NCBI GenBank assembly: GCA_038087875.1
Contig: CM075993.1
Coordinates: 10,666,001-10,730,000 of the forward strand
Reading direction: 5' to 3'
Length of the DNA: 64,000 nt
DNA from: Malacoraja senta
Lineage: Eukaryota
Both the position numbers and the translations under genes were made by a program. Below are positions 38,630 through 52,582 of this stretch, piece by piece (position 1 is the stretch's first letter; every line of letters begins with the position of its first letter). The notes beneath the pieces were generated by a model. It was not told the DNA's origin. It saw only the letters and a list, made by a program, of their open reading frames with translations, and ran no database searches.

Positions 38630-39228
38630 TCCCTGAGAAGGCTTAGGAAGTTCGGCAAGTCCCGAACAACTCTCACCAACTTCTACAGATGCGCCATAGA
38701 AAGCATTTTATCAGGATGCATCACGGCACGGTTTGGGAACGGGCTCCATCCAAGACCGCAAGAAGTTGCAGTGAATTGTGGACGCAGCCCAGACCATCAC
38801 ACAAACCAACCTCCCTTCCATTGACTTCATTTATACCTCACGCTGCCTCGGCAAGGCCAGCAGCATAATCAAGGACGAGTCGCACCCTGGCCACTCCCTC
38901 TTCTCCCCTCTCCCATCAGGCAAAAGGTATAGAATTGTGAAAACTCACACCTCCAGATTCAGGGACAGTTTCTTCCCAGCTGTTATCAGGCAATTGAATC
39001 ATCCTACCACAACCAGAGAGCAGTCCTGAACTACTATCTACCCTCGGACTATTTTTGATCGGACTTTGCTGGCTTAACCTTGCACTAAACGTTATTCCCT
39101 TATCATTTAACTGTACACTGTAAATGGCTCGATTGTAATCATGTATTGTCTTTCTGCTGACTGGTTAGCACGCAACAAAAGCTTTTCACTGTACCTCGTT
39201 ACACGTGACAATAAACTAAACTGAACTG
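38630..39228 (+). mobile_element. Rex/Babar-like LINE 3' end
   Basis: NFYRCAIESIL-coding segment, HPGHSLFSPLPSGKRYR...RFRDSFFPAVIRQLN, and an (AAACT)n-type tail. Confidence 0.8.
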
Positions 39229-39703
39229 AGAAAGCACATCAAGGTCTTTACTTTCTCAGAAGATGGTGGAAATTTGGCATTCCCCAGTGACATTTACCAA
39301 TGTGCATCATAGAAACCATCAGTCTCGACCTGAAACGTCACCCATTCCTTCTCTCCAGAGATGCTGCCTGTCCCGCTGAGTTACTCCAGCTTTTTGTGTC
39401 TATCTTCAGTTTAAACCAGCATCTGCAGTTAGCTTTCTACACATAGAAACCATCCTATCGTGTTAGGAGTCTTACTTACGTATGGTCCGTATATACGAGC
39501 GTTTGGCAGACGGGAGGTACAGCTTTTCACTGTACCTCGGTACACATGACAAAGGTGTAAGTGCATGTGACAAGTGTATGGAACAAGCTGCCAGAGGAGG
39601 TAGTTGAGACTGGGACTTAACCCAACGTTTAAGAAACAGTTAGTCAGGTACATGGATAGGACAAGCTTGGAGGGATATGGACCAAACGCAGGCAGGTGGG
39701 ACT

Positions 39704-39935
39704 AGTGTAGCTGGGACATTGTTGGCCGGTGTGGGCAGGTTGGGCTGAAGGGCCTGTTTCCACACTGTATCACTCTATGACCAGTGTAGCTGGGTCATGT
39801 TGGCCGGTGTGGGCAGGTTGGGCTGAAGGGCCTGTTTCCACACTGTATCACTCTATGACCAGTGTAGCTGGGTCATGTTGGCCGGTGTGGGCAAGTTGGG
39901 CTGAAGGGCCTGTTTCCACACTGTATCACTCTATG
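39704..39935 (+). repeat. Triplicated ~78-bp CR1 3'-end unit
   Basis: AGTGTAGCTGGG...GGGCTGAAGGGCCTGTTTCCACACTGTATCACTCTATG occurs three times, ending about 50 bp before CA12 exon 7. Confidence 0.93.
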
Positions 39936-39985
39936 CCTCTAATACACTAAACTGAAGCGGACATGCCAACGTTGATCTTTTGCAG

Positions 39986-40143
39986 ATCAAAAGATCGTAA
40001 TCCCAGGATTTGATATACATGACCTCCTGCCACGCCGACTGGACAAGTATTTCCGGTACAACGGATCCCTGACCACCCCTCCATGTTATCCCAGTGTGCA
40101 GTGGACAGTGCTGAAGGAGCCAGTGCAGATATCCAGTGAACAG
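39986..40143 (+). CDS. CA12: CA12 exon 7 (158 nt)
   Basis: (D)[60 protein letters not shown] signature with Thr199 and the disulfide Cys. Confidence 0.97.
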
Positions 40144-42261
40144 GTAAATATACCCATTACTCTGGCGTTTCACCGGGTCAGAACCTTTAAGGTTGAGTCC
40201 GCAAAGGTTGCGCGTCACGGTGGTGCAGCGGTAGAGTCGCTACCCCACAGCGCCAGAGACCCGGGTTCCATCCTGACTACGGGTGCTGTCTGTACGGAGT
40301 TTGTACGTTCTACCCCGTGACCTGCGTGGGTTTTCTCCAAGATTTTCGGTTTCCTCCCGCACTCCAAAGACGTACAGGTTTGTAGGTTAATTGGTTCGGT
40401 ATAAGTGTATATTGTACCTAGTGTGTGTAGGATAGTGTTAGTGTGCGGGGATCGCTGGTGGGCGCAGACTCGGGGGGGGGCCTGTTTCCGCGCTGTATCT
40501 CTAAAATAAAAAACGGAACACTCCTTTCCCACTTGGGCTAAGTCCAGGACCTCCCTCCCATTCTCCACACAAATGACAGCAGTTCAAGAAGGCAGCTCTT
40601 AATCACAATCTCAGCAGGGGTGGGCAGTCAATGCTGATGTTGCCAGCAACATACAGAGGCCACAGTGACCTGTGCAACAATCTATGCTGTCACACTAATG
40701 TTCTATCTGATTCCTTAGCTACTCCCTGTCCTGACCTTCTGTTGGGTGTGGACTCACATGTTCACCAGAGGAAGGCTGGAAAAATGTGCTGACGTCATTA
40801 GTTTAAAGGTAATATCTCAGTGATACACTCCGCCCTCCTCCCACACACCCAGCCTGACCACACAAGGATTCCTGGTTTGTAAGGCATGGAAACAGGCCCT
40901 TCATCAACTTCTCATCCATGTCTACCTGAACTAGTCTCATTTTTGGCCCATATCTCTAGACGTTAGAGATACAGCCCAGAAACAGGCCCTTCGGCCCAAC
41001 GAGTCCCCGCTGACCATCGATCGCCCCGTACACCAGCAACTATCCTGCACACACTAGGGACAATCTCTACAATTTTACCAAAGCCAATTAACCTACAAAC
41101 CTGTACGTCTTTGGAATGTGGGAGGAAACTGCAGCACCTGGAGAAAACCCACGCGGTCACGGGGAGAACGTGCAAACTCCGTACAGACAGCACCCGCAGT
41201 CAGGATCGAACCCTGGTCTCTGGCACTGTGAGGCTGCAGCTCTACCGCTGCTCCACCCACCTAAATCTTCCCTACTCATGTCCAAATGTTTATACGTATC
41301 CCCTCCACCACTTCCTCTGGCAGCTCTGTGTGAAAAGGTTGCCCCTCAGGTTCCCTTTAAATCTTTCCCCCTTCAACTTAAAACTATACCCTCTAATGTT
41401 AGACTCCCCTACATTGGGATAGAATCTGTGGCCATTCACCTTATCTCTGCCCCTCATGATCGTGTATTCTTCTGTAAGGTCACCCATCAGCCTCTGACAC
41501 ACTCTCCCAGACTATCCCGCATTATGAGATCATAGACCTATACAGCAAGAGAACAGGCCCTTCGGCCCACCTTGCCCATGCTGACCAAGTTGGTATTCTG
41601 GGCTAGTCCCATTTGCCTGCATTTGCCCATAGCCCTTCCTATCAGAGGGTGGTGGAGGCAGGTTCTCTGGATGCTTTCAAGAGAGAGCTAGATAGGGTTC
41701 TTAAAGATAGCGGAGTCAGGGGATATGGGGAGAAGGCAGGAACGGGGTACTGATTGGGGATGATCAGCCATGATCACATTGAATGGCGGTGCTGGCTCGA
41801 ATGGCCAAATGGCCTACTCCTGCACCTATTGTCTATTGTCTATCCATATATCTGCCCAAATATCTTTTGAAATCATAATTAGATCCACTTTTATAACCTC
41901 CTCTGGCAGCTTGTTCCAGACACAGACTGAGTGAAAAAGTTACCCCTGAAGTCCCCCTGAAACATTTCACCTCTCTGAGAGGATTCCAGTTTTAGAACCT
42001 CCAACCGTGGGGAAAAGACAGTAGGATCATAAGTGATAGGAGCAGTTAGGCCATTCGGCCCATCAAGTCTACTCCACCATTCAATCATGGCTGATCTATC
42101 TCTTCTTCCTAACCCCATTCCCCTGCCTTCTCCCCATAACCGCTGACACCCGCACTAATCAAGAATCTATCTATCTCTGCCTTAAATATATCCACTGACT
42201 TGGCCTTAACAGCAAAGAATTCCACAGATTCACCATCCTCTGGCTAAATAAATTCCTCCTT

Positions 42262-42810
42262 ACAATAGACAATAGGTGCAGCAGCAGGCCATTCGGCCCT
42301 TCGAGCCAGCACCGCCATTCAATGTGATCATGGCTGATCATCCCCAATCAGTACCCCGTTCCTGCCTTCTCCCCATATCCCCTGACTCCGCTATTTTTAA
42401 GAGCCCTATCCAGCTCTCTCTTGAAAGCATCCAGAGAACCTGCCTCCACCGCCCTCTGAGGCAGAGAATTCCACAGACTCACCACTCTCTGTGAGAAAAA
42501 ATGTTTCCTCGTCTCCGTTCTCAATGGCTTAGTCCTTATTCTTAAACTGTAGCCCCTGGTTCTGGACTCCCCCAACATCGGGAACATGTTTCCTGCCTCT
42601 AGCGTGTCCAAGCCCTTAACAATCTTATATGTTTCAATGAGATACCCTCTCATCCTTCTAAACTCCAGAGTGTACAAGCCCAGCTGCTCCATTCTCTCAG
42701 CATATGACAGACCCGCCATCCCGGGAATTAACCTTGTAAACCTACGCTGCACTCCCTCAATAGCAAGAATGTCCTTCCTCAAATTAGGGGACCAAAACTG
42801 CACACAATAC
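42262..42810 (-). mobile_element. CR1 3' fragment
   Basis: QFWSPNLRKDILAIEGVQRRFTRLIPG...GYGEKAGTGY ORF plus 3' UTR. Confidence 0.9.
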
Positions 42811-43289
42811 CTCCTTCCTAAAATAATGTTCTTTAATTCTGAGGCTACGACCTACTGACTCTCCCACTAGTGGAAACATCCTCTCCACATCCACTCTATC
42901 CAAGCCTTTCACTATTCTGTAAGTTTCAATGAGCCCCCCCCCCCCACCCCATTCTTCTAAACTCCAGTGAGTACAGGCCCAGTGCCGACAAACGCTCATA
43001 TGTTAACCCACTCTTTCGTGGATCTTCAAGATCTCTCTGTTCTGCAACGCAATAGACAATAGGTAAACACTCTCCAGTGCTCTACCATTTACTGTGTGAA
43101 TCCTACCCTATTTCGACACACCGAAGTGCAACACCTCACACTTGACACAGTTAAGGGGCTGTCCCACTGCAGCAACCTAATCCGCGAGTTCAGAAGAGTG
43201 TCTTCGACCTTCAAGGTCGAGCGCACTCGCCTGGAAAACCTCGAGCTGGATCGACCGTCAGCAATGAAACTGCGAGCTGGATCGACCGA

Positions 43290-43316
43290 CCACACACATA
43301 CACACACACACACACG

Positions 43317-43400
<84 letters not shown>
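43290..43400. repeat. (CA)n microsatellite inside a probable MITE remnant starting at 43151
   Basis: Direct reading; the upstream TTAAGGGGCTGTCCCACT resembles the terminus type seen at 45890. Confidence 0.9.
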
Positions 43401-43401
<1 letters not shown>

Positions 43402-43799
43402 CGAAAAGGCAGGGGCCAGGGAAAGCGGGGGAGCACTGTCTGAAATTCACACCCGCGATGAAGAGGAAGGTAAAAGACGGCTGCACAGTGTACGGTAAGT
43501 CCTTTAGAGAGCGCGGAGGGGGGGGGGGGAGAGAAGGGGAGAGAGGGAAGGGGGGAGAAGGAGTGGAGACACTTTTAAGAAGCCAGACAACGTTTAATAA
43601 AGTTTAGCGGGCATTTTACCTACCGGTCGGTTTTCCTTGGTCCAGAAAACTCCATTAAAACGTTATCTTGTATTTAACGTTATTCCTTTTATCATGTATC
43701 TGTACACTGTGGACGGCTTGATACATGTGACAATAAACCAAACCCAACCGATCCAGACCAAACGATCTCCTGTAACCACAACTGTTTGATCTGCTGCAG

Positions 43800-43923
43800 C
43801 TTCTCGAGCTAGAGAGTGATCTGTACTACTCCAACAAGGATGAAGGCAATCGAACAGAGATGGTGGACAATTACAGACACGTCCAGGATCTCGGCGAGAG
43901 AGAGGTCTTCATTTCCTTCCAAG
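43800..43923 (+). CDS. CA12: CA12 exon 8 (124 nt)
   Basis: LLELESDLYYSNKDEGNRTEMVDNYRHVQDLGEREVFISFQ; CTGCAG/GTGAG junctions. Confidence 0.95.
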
Positions 43924-44587
43924 GTGAGAGTGCCTCCGGCATTGGGAGCAATAGTGGAGAAGTTCATATGATAGCAACAGAATTAGGCCATTCGGCCCAT
44001 CGAGCATACTCCACCATTCAGTCATGGCTGATCTATCATCCATCTTTCCCTCTCAATCCCATTCTCCTGCCTTCTCCCTATAACCCTTGACATCCTTACA
44101 AATCAGTAAGTGATACAGTGGACAGCTGTAGAGTTGCTGCCTGACAGCACCAGAGACCCACGTTCGACAGGAGGCTGTGGAGGCCAAGTCAATGGATATA
44201 TTTAAGGCAGAGATGGATAGATTCGTGATTAGTACGGGTGTCAGGGGTTATGGAGAAGGCTGGAGAATGGGGTTAGGAGGGAGATATAGATCAGCCATGA
44301 TTGAATTGTGGAGTAGACTAGATGGGCTGAATGGCCTAATTCTGCTCCTATCACGTGATCTTATGATCTTAGATATACGGTTCCTTGCAAGCGGTGGTTC
44401 AGGTGTTCAGGGTGGTGAGGGTGTTTGCCTTCATAGGGTGGGGAATGGTACTGTGTACAATAGGTTGGACATCATGATACAGTCATTGGTGAGCAGGGGG
44501 GGAGTCAGGGCTGTGATGAAGTTGGGGGTGGGGGGGAGTTACGTCATGGACAACCGTCTTCGTGTAACAGTTACGCAATGCAACAGA

Positions 44588-44895
44588 GGCGGCATGGTGG
44601 CACAGCGGTAGAGTTGCTGCCTTACAGCGCCAGAGACCCGGGATCGATCCCGACTACGGGGTGCTGTCTGTACGGAGTTTGTACGTTCTCCCCTTGACCA
44701 CATGGGTTTTCTCCGAGATCTTCAGTTTCCTCCCACACTCCAAAGACGTACAGGTCTGTAGGTCAATTGGCTTGGTATAAGTGTAAATTGTCCCTAGTGG
44801 GTGTAGGATAGTGTTAGTGTGCGGGGATCGCGGGTCAGTGCGATGTGGGCTGAAGGGCCTGATTCTGCGCTGTATCTCTAAACTAAATTAAACTA
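44588..44895 (+). mobile_element. Full-length V-SINE
   Basis: GGCGGCATGGTGGCACAGCGGTAGAG head through the CTCTAAACTAAA tail. Confidence 0.88.
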
Positions 44896-45892
44896 ATCTA
44901 AGAGTTATTTGCATGGGCCTTGGGCAAGGGTGCCGGGGTGTCGTACTGCTGACTGGGCAAGTTTCTCCCAGATCTCACCACGCCAGGTCCCGCCTCAGCC
45001 AGTGAGGCAGATGTTCGGAGTAACGAGGGCAGGGCGTGCCGTCACCAATAACCATCGAAACTTCCGCAGCCCACAGGCCATCAGACATTGACACTCAAAG
45101 CTGTGGGAAAGGACGTTCAGGGAAAACATAGAATGGAATGAAACCTTTCTTGTAAAGCCAGTGTGGTTGCGGCAAGGGGTTGGTGAGGGTGTTGGTAATT
45201 AGTTTCCCAGTAATTGCACCTTGATGTAATTTCTCAATGCAACCTAGTCAATGGGCCTGGATAGAGTGGATGTGGAGAGGATGTTTCCACTGGTGGGAGA
45301 GTCTAGGACTAGAGGGCATAGCCTCAGAATTAAAGGACGTTCTTTTAGGAAGGAGTTGAGGAGGAATTTCTTTAGCCAGAGGGTGGTGAATCTGAGGAAT
45401 TCTGTGGAGGCCAATTCAGTGGATATTTTTAATGCAGAGATAGATAGATAGATTCTTGATTAGTACGGGTGTCGTGGGTTATGGGGAGAAGGCAGGAGAA
45501 TGGGATGAGGAGAGATAGATCAGCCATGATTGAATGGCGGAGTAGACTTGATGGGGCTGAATGGCCTAATTCTACTCCTATCACTTATGATCTTGTGATC
45601 TTATGATCTAATGAATATGTATTGGATGGAATTTGCCCCAAACCCATTGTACCCTAAATTATATTGAATGAGGCCATTTGGCCCATTGAGTCCATGGTGG
45701 CTATCATGCTGATATATTTCAGGACAACACAAGTCTGTTCTCTGAATTCCACAGTAAAGACAGCTGAGGTTTTCATTTAAGACCTCAGCCATCTCCCCGA
45801 CTCCACACGCAGACAGCAACACTGACCCTTAATGGGATCGAGTTAGCTCTTTGCTCTTAGAATACATAGTATCTTTTAGGATTCTCCTTTAA

Positions 45893-46512
45893 AGGCCTGT
45901 CTCACGGGTTTGCGGTCATTGGCGGTGAAACAGGAAGTTTCTACCGCTCGTGGACCGCCAGAGACCGCGGGGTCAGTCCAACGCACACTGCCGGGGCCGT
46001 GCGGTGTAGGTCCCAACACCGCACGGTGCTCACAAAAAAACGACAATGTCGAAAAAACTTTTCCCACCGCACAGCCGCCGCCAGTGAGGCACGAGTGCGG
46101 CACGGGCACCGCCACAGCTGCCGCCAGTGCGGCAGGAGCGCCGTGAGTCCAACTTTCACCGCCACAGCCGCTACCAGTGCGGCACGAGCGCTGCGAGTCC
46201 AACTTTCACCGCCACAGCCACCGCCAGTGAGGCACGTGTGCGGCACGGGCACCGCCACAGCCGCCGCCACAGCGCCGCGATCACCACCAGCACCGCCACA
46301 GCCCCGCGAACCGAAAAGACGTCATCGCGTAGCGCGTCGCGTTGCGCGATGTTGTCATCACCCGACGCCGCAAGCTTGTGGAACCGGCCATACGGAGATC
46401 ACTCGGCCCCCACGCAGCATCCGTGCGGCACTCTCGCGGTTGCCGTGCGGTCCCCTCTTCCGGCGACGCCGCGCTTCACCGCCAATGACCGCAAACCCGT
46501 GAGACAGAGCCT
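45893..46512. mobile_element. Non-autonomous TIR element (PIF/Harbinger-like MITE)
   Basis: Terminal inverted repeats of about 37 bp, AGGC(T)CTGTCTCACGGGTTTGCGGTCATTGGCGGTGAA, flanked by TAA/TTA; GC-rich interior with internal repeats. Confidence 0.85.
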
Positions 46513-46812
46513 TTACCTTATCTTCCAAGGATGCCTCATGTCCCTTTGTAACTATTACTGCACTACTATAGTTTGTTTGTTTTTATTTGTATGTGTGTGC
46601 GTGTATGTATATATATATATATAACTGGTGAGAAGGAACGGGTGACGTTTCGGGACGAGACCCTTCTTCAGTCTGAAGAATGGTCTCGACCCGAAACGTC
46701 ACCCATTCCTTCTCCCCAGAGATGCTGGCTGAACCGCTGAGTTGCTCCAGCTTTTTGTGTCTATCTTTGGTTTAAACCAGCATCTGCAGTTCCTTCCTAC
46801 ACACACACACAA

Positions 46813-46814
<2 letters not shown>

Positions 46815-46908
<94 letters not shown>
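46815..46908. repeat. (TA)n microsatellite
   Basis: Direct reading. Confidence 0.97.
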
Positions 46909-46910
<2 letters not shown>

Positions 46911-47550
46911 GTGTGTGTGTGTGCGTTTGTTTATGTATATATTCCACCACTCACCCATAGCCCCTAACTGCGCAGGCACGGCTCTTACATTCCCGTCCCC
47001 TCCTCTTCACCCCCCCACTTCTCTCCCCTCTCCTCCACTCCATACCTCACCTCTCCCTCCCACTCCTTTTCCCTACCCTCAGTCATTCCCTCCCTCGCCT
47101 CTCCCCTGTCGCACTAAACACAATGTTTAAAAAACATTTCTCCTCCCCTCTCCCATTCCCTCCCTCTCCTTACAACAATGTAACAAATCTCTCATTGCAC
47201 TGGGTGTAACACTGCAGATGGGCAGTTTATGTAAATGAGATCCCATTGTGACACCATAGCTGTAACTGCCAGCAACTGCCGCTGCAGTGTTCAAGTCATT
47301 CTTTCTCAAACTGGATTTTGTAAAGTTGAAAATGTGAATAACTTGTAAAATATAACATCAATCTGAAGGAAACTTGTTGAAAACACACCACAGTACAATT
47401 GTGAGTAAGGTGATGCAAAAATTGTAGGGCTTTTGTGTACCGTATTGGCGTAATTTCAGGATCTCACTCACTCATTCACCCACTCACAGACAGACATCCA
47501 AACAAACAAGATGAGAGTTTTAGTAATATATTTAGATATATGTACGTATA

Positions 47551-49773
47551 CAGGGCTCTCGCTTAACTTTTTTTCCCTGTTGCCAGTCGGGCAACCTTGG
47601 CAGTTTATTAGGTTGCCAAATGACAGTTTAGGTGGTCATTTAAGATGACTTGCATGATGCGTGCGATAATGTGCTCGGACAAAGTGCGTAGTTACCAGTT
47701 GGAATTATACTCAATGAAGCATTCACATATTATTTCTGCTTCAAATAAAGTCACAAACTAAACATATTCACCAATCAAGACATGATATATCCCACAATGA
47801 CATGCAGCAAAATTATAAGACAGTATCTCAACTCTTTTTCCACATTGCAATTAATGCAATTTCTATTAGTTCTTTCCACTTCCAAACAACAATGTGGTTG
47901 GATTATTCAGCGTATGATCAACCTGTGTCAATAAATCCTGGACCATGGTAACATATATGTGTACGTATAGTTGTGAATGTTGCTCATTAAATAACTACAG
48001 TACTGATACTCCATATTAAGAGCATTGATTTGCCGTTAAAATGAATTCTGTAATAACGTGTCAATGGCAGCAGTGACAATCGAACACTGAGGTTTTAATG
48101 TTTCATGTGTTCACAGTTTAATTCATCCATCTTTATGGATTAAAACAAATAATAACATTGGGAATTAAAACACATTTGATTGCATAACATCGTCAATGTC
48201 TGCTCTGAAGACATTTCCAGCACAATAGTGTCAGGGAGGGGGGTGTGTGTGAATCAGAGCGGGGTGGATAGATGGCGGGGGTGGGGGGGGTTAGAAGGTA
48301 TCAGTGCAGAATGGATGGATTGAGGCAGGTGAATTAGTACGTGTTGGTTGGAGTAGGTAAAATTGTGAGGGGAGAGAACCGGGGATGTCAGTGGTGTTGA
48401 ATGGGGGGATCAGTATGGGATGGATGGGGGTAGACAAAAGTGCTGGAGAAACTCAGCGGGTGAGGCAGCATCTATGGAGCGAAGGAAATAGGCAACGTTT
48501 CGGGTCGAGACCCTTCTTCAGATTGTTCCCCCCATTCTTCTTGAATGGGAGGATCAGTACAGGATGGATGGGGGGGAGAACAGCGCAGGATGAATGGGGG
48601 GGAGGGGGTCAGTACAGTGTGGATCGGAGGGTCTGTGCAGGATGAATGGGGGATCACTACAGGATGAATGAGGGGAGGGGGGGAAGGTGCAGGGTAAATG
48701 GAGGGTGGGTCAGTACGGGATGAATGCGTGGATTAGTACAGGATGGATGGGGAATCAGTACAGGATGGATGGGAAAGGGGTAAGTACAGGGTGAATTGGG
48801 GAACCAGTGTACGATGGATGGGGGGGGGGGGTGGTAGCAGAATCAATGCGAGGTGGATAGGGTGATCAGCGCAGGATGAATAGATGGGGGGGGGGTAGAT
48901 GGGGAGGGGAGCACAGGGGATGTCAGTGAGGACTGAATAGAGGCGGGAATGGGGATCAGTGCGGGATGGAGTGGAGGGGTCCCAGACTAAGGGGGTGGAG
49001 GGGGGCGTACGAGAGAGAGAGAGGGGGCGAGGTGGGGAGGAAGGAAGGTCAGCGCTCCTCAGACAACATCGCCCCGCTGCCTTGGCCGTTGGGAACTCCT
49101 CGCCACCGCCTCCCTCCTCCGCCAGCCAACAGCAAGGTGAGGGGCCGAGCGGTGCAGCTCAGAGATCCGATAGCTATAACATCTTTGGTGCAGCTGCTTC
49201 AGACGAGTCGAAGCGAATGACGGGCCCCGCACAGCGACAGCAGCAGCCGCGATAGTGGCTCCGTCTCCTCCTCCTCCCGCCCCCCGCCCACCCTGATAAG
49301 GGCCTCTGCTTGTAAATCCGGTAACGGCGCAAAACAAACCCTCCCGCACTCCGAGGCCTCCCCCTCCCTCCCTCCTCCTGGCCTCGGAGCTTTGGTTTGA
49401 AAGTGCGGTTAGCGGATTTTAAGCAGAGGCCCTTATCAGGGCGGGCGGGGGGCGGGAGGAGGAGGAGATGGAGCCGCTGTCGCTGCCGCGGCCGCTGCTA
49501 CCGCTGGGCGGGGCACGTCATTTGCTCCGACCCTTCCGCACCCCGCACCTAGTATCTTTGCCCCGCACGACAGCCGCCGCCGACACGAGATGTCACGTTC
49601 CTCTTCTCCAGAGATGCTGCCTGACCCGCGGAGTTACTCCAATTTTTTGTGGCTATCTTCGGTACAAACCAGTATCTGGTTGCCAAGCCGGGCAAAATGA
49701 CTCGGTGTTTAGGATGCCCGGCGGCGCTTTGAGTGGTCAGTGGCACCCGGGCAACCTCTAATTTCGAGCCCTG
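47551..49773. mobile_element. hAT-like non-autonomous DNA transposon
   Basis: Termini CAGGGCTC...GAGCCCTG, subterminal GGCAACC/GGTTGCC repeats at both ends, no transposase ORF, AT-rich flanks. No clear 8-bp TSD. Confidence 0.65.
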
Positions 49774-49791
49774 GTATATATAATCTTTGTG

Positions 49792-50182
49792 TCTATATAA
49801 TTATAAGTCTCATCTTGACCACTTCCTGGCTACGCTGTATATTGATTTTATAAAAAACGCTGCCCTATATCGGTGCGTTTTTTGGCCATCTTACTCACAG
49901 TCCTCCTCCGCTGAGCAGGCCCCGAGGATGAAATTTTGTGTGTGTGTGTGTGTGGTCTCAGTGACTGAGCTGCCAGCCCAAGAATTCATTCGGCCCACAA
50001 TGTCCATACTAGCCCTCTGGAAACCAGTGCCTTCGGCCCACAACACCATGTTAGCGCTCCAGAAAGCCTCCCCCCCCCCCCACTGGCTAGCAGTATTGGA
50101 ATTGGTGGAGAGGTGGAATATTGCGTTGGGGGACCAGCCCTCCCGTGTGAACATGGGACCCAACGGGTCCCACTTAGTCTAA
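49792..50182 (+). mobile_element. Helitron-like non-autonomous element
   Basis: 5' TCTATATAATTATAAGTCTCATCTTGACC; 3' hairpin TGGGACCC-AAC-GGGTCCCA (50154-50172) followed by CTAA|T, a CTAG variant. Related 5' ends at about 27203 (+) and 47535 (-). Confidence 0.65.
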
Positions 50183-50937
50183 TATATATAGATATATCTC
50201 AGGAGCATATCTGGATCACGTTTCGGGTCGAGACCCTTCTTCAGACTGAGAACCTCAGTGAAATAACGGCCTGACTTTCAGTGTGAAGAAGTGTCTTCTC
50301 TCCAGGGTAGACAAAAGTGCTGGAGAAACTCAGCGGGTGCAGCAGCATCTATGGAGCAAAGGAAATAGGCAACGTTTCGGGCCGAAACCCTGTCTTCTCT
50401 CCAGAGATGCTGCCTGACCCGCTGAGTTACTCCGGCCCTTTGTGTCTATCTTCAATGTAAACAGTTCCTTGTCGGCCTCACTATAACTGAGTATCTCTAG
50501 GCCTGATGTAGAGTCATAGAGGCATAGAGCACAGAAACAGGCCCTTCAGCCCAACTCATCCATGCCAGCCAAATGAACCAGCCTTCCCTGACCCCGTCAG
50601 CCATGTGCTTCATGGGAACATATTGGCCCTGAACTCTCCCTATCTCTCTTTTTTAAACTTCCCATTTGCCAGACACCCTTTTACCTGCTAACAGCCTCTT
50701 CCAGTCAACCTTGAGAAAGTTCCTGTCTAATGACCTCAGGATTGGCTTTGTCCCAATTCCTCATCTTTTCCATAGCTTTAGTTTACTTTAGTTTAGTTTA
50801 GAGATACAGCACAAAAACAGGCCCTTCGGCCCATCGAGTCCGTGCCGACCAGCGATCCCCACACACTAGCACTATCCGACACGCACTAGGGACAATTTAC
50901 AATTTTACCAAAGCCAATGAACGTACAAACCTGCACG

Positions 50938-51725
50938 TGTAGGAAGGAACTGCAGATGCTGGTTTAAACCCAAGATAGACACAAAAAGCTGGGGTAACTC
51001 AACAGGACAGGAAGCATCTCTGGAGAGAAGGAATGGGTGACGTTTCGGGTCGAGACCCTTCTTCAGACTAGTTAGGGATAAGGGAAACGAGAGATATAGA
51101 TGATGATGTAGAGAGATAAAGAACAATGATAAAGGTAAACATTGTTAGCTGTTTGTTGGGTGAAAACGAGAAGCTGGTGCGACTTGGGTGGGGGAGGGAT
51201 AGAGAGAGAGGGAATGCCGGGCTACCTGAAGAGAGAGAAATCAATATTCATACCACTGGGCTGTAAGCTGCCCAAGCAAAATATGAGATGCTGTTCCTCC
51301 AATTTGCGTTTAGCCTCACTCTGACAATGGAGGAGACAGAGGACAGAAAGGTCTGTGTACGAATGGGAAGGAGAATTAAAGTGTCCAGCAACCGGGAGAT
51401 CAGGTTGGTTCAAGTGGACTGAGCGGAGGTGTTCCGCTAAACGATCGCCCAGTCTGCGTTTGGTCTCGCCGATGTATAAGAGTCCACATCTTGAACAATG
51501 GATACAGTAGATGAGGTTGGAGGAGGAGCAAGTGAACCTCTGCCTAATCTGAAAGGACTGTTGGGGTACCTGGACAGGGTCGAGGGAGGAGGTGTAGGGA
51601 CAGGTGTTGCATCTTCTGCAGTTGCAGGGGAAGGTACCTGGGGAGGGGGTGGGAAGGGATGAGTTAACCAGGGAGTTGCGAGGGAACGGTCTCTGCGGAA
51701 GGCGGAAAGGGATGGAGATGGGAAC
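50938..51725 (-). mobile_element. Penelope-like element 3' part with GIY-YIG and an intact hammerhead core
   Basis: Closely similar to 20700-21570; NQPDLPVAGHFNSPSHS...RKLEEQHLIFCLGSLQPSGMNI; hammerhead at 51039-51066 (-). Confidence 0.9.
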
Positions 51726-52582
51726 ATCATAATCATAATCATACTTTATTAGCCAAGTGTGTTTTGCAACATACGAGGAATTTCATTTGCCAGAGTCATA
51801 CCAATAAAAAGTAACCGAACACACAAAATACATTTTAACATAAACATCCACCACAGTGACTCCTCCACATTCCTCACTGTGATGGAAGGTGAAATAAAGT
51901 TCAAATCTCTTCCCTTCTTTGTTCTCCTGCGGTCGGGGCCCTCGAGCCTTCCGTTGACGGGATGATCTTGGCTCCCGTAGCCGGCGGCATTTGGGCCCTC
52001 GCGTCGGGGCTATCAAGCTCCCGCTGACAAACGCTCATTATAGGTTAACCCACTCATTCCTGGGATCATTCTTGTAAACCTCCTCTGGACCCTCTCCAGA
52101 GCCAGCACATCCTTCCTCAGATATCGTGCCCAAACTTGTTCATAATATTCCAAATGTCGCCGTACCAACGCCTTAAGGATTCCTGGATTCTCTCCCCATT
52201 TAGAAATTAGTTTACGCCTTTATTCCTACTACCAAAATGCATGACTCCAACTTTGCTCCACTACATTCTATCGACCACTTCTCTGCCCACTCCCCCAGCC
52301 TGTCCAAGTCCTTCTGCAGAGTCCATTACCTGCCCCATCACCTATATTTGTATCATCCGCAAACTTGGCCACAAAATCTTCGATCCCCTCGTCCAAATCA
52401 TTAATATACAACGTGACGATGATAGTGCAAGTGTACGGGGTGTTCGCTGGTCGGCACAGATTCGATGGGCCGAAGGGCCAGTTTCAGCACCGTATCTCTA
52501 AAGCCTGGAGCCTAAAGATTAGATTCCATTATAAAATGGTTTTGAATGTACAAATGAATTGTAAATATTGTTTCTCTTTCAG

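Noticed and set aside
45876..46624. Ala/Arg-rich ORFs as a possible transposase
   Set aside because: Low-complexity GC-rich MITE interior with no DDE motifs.
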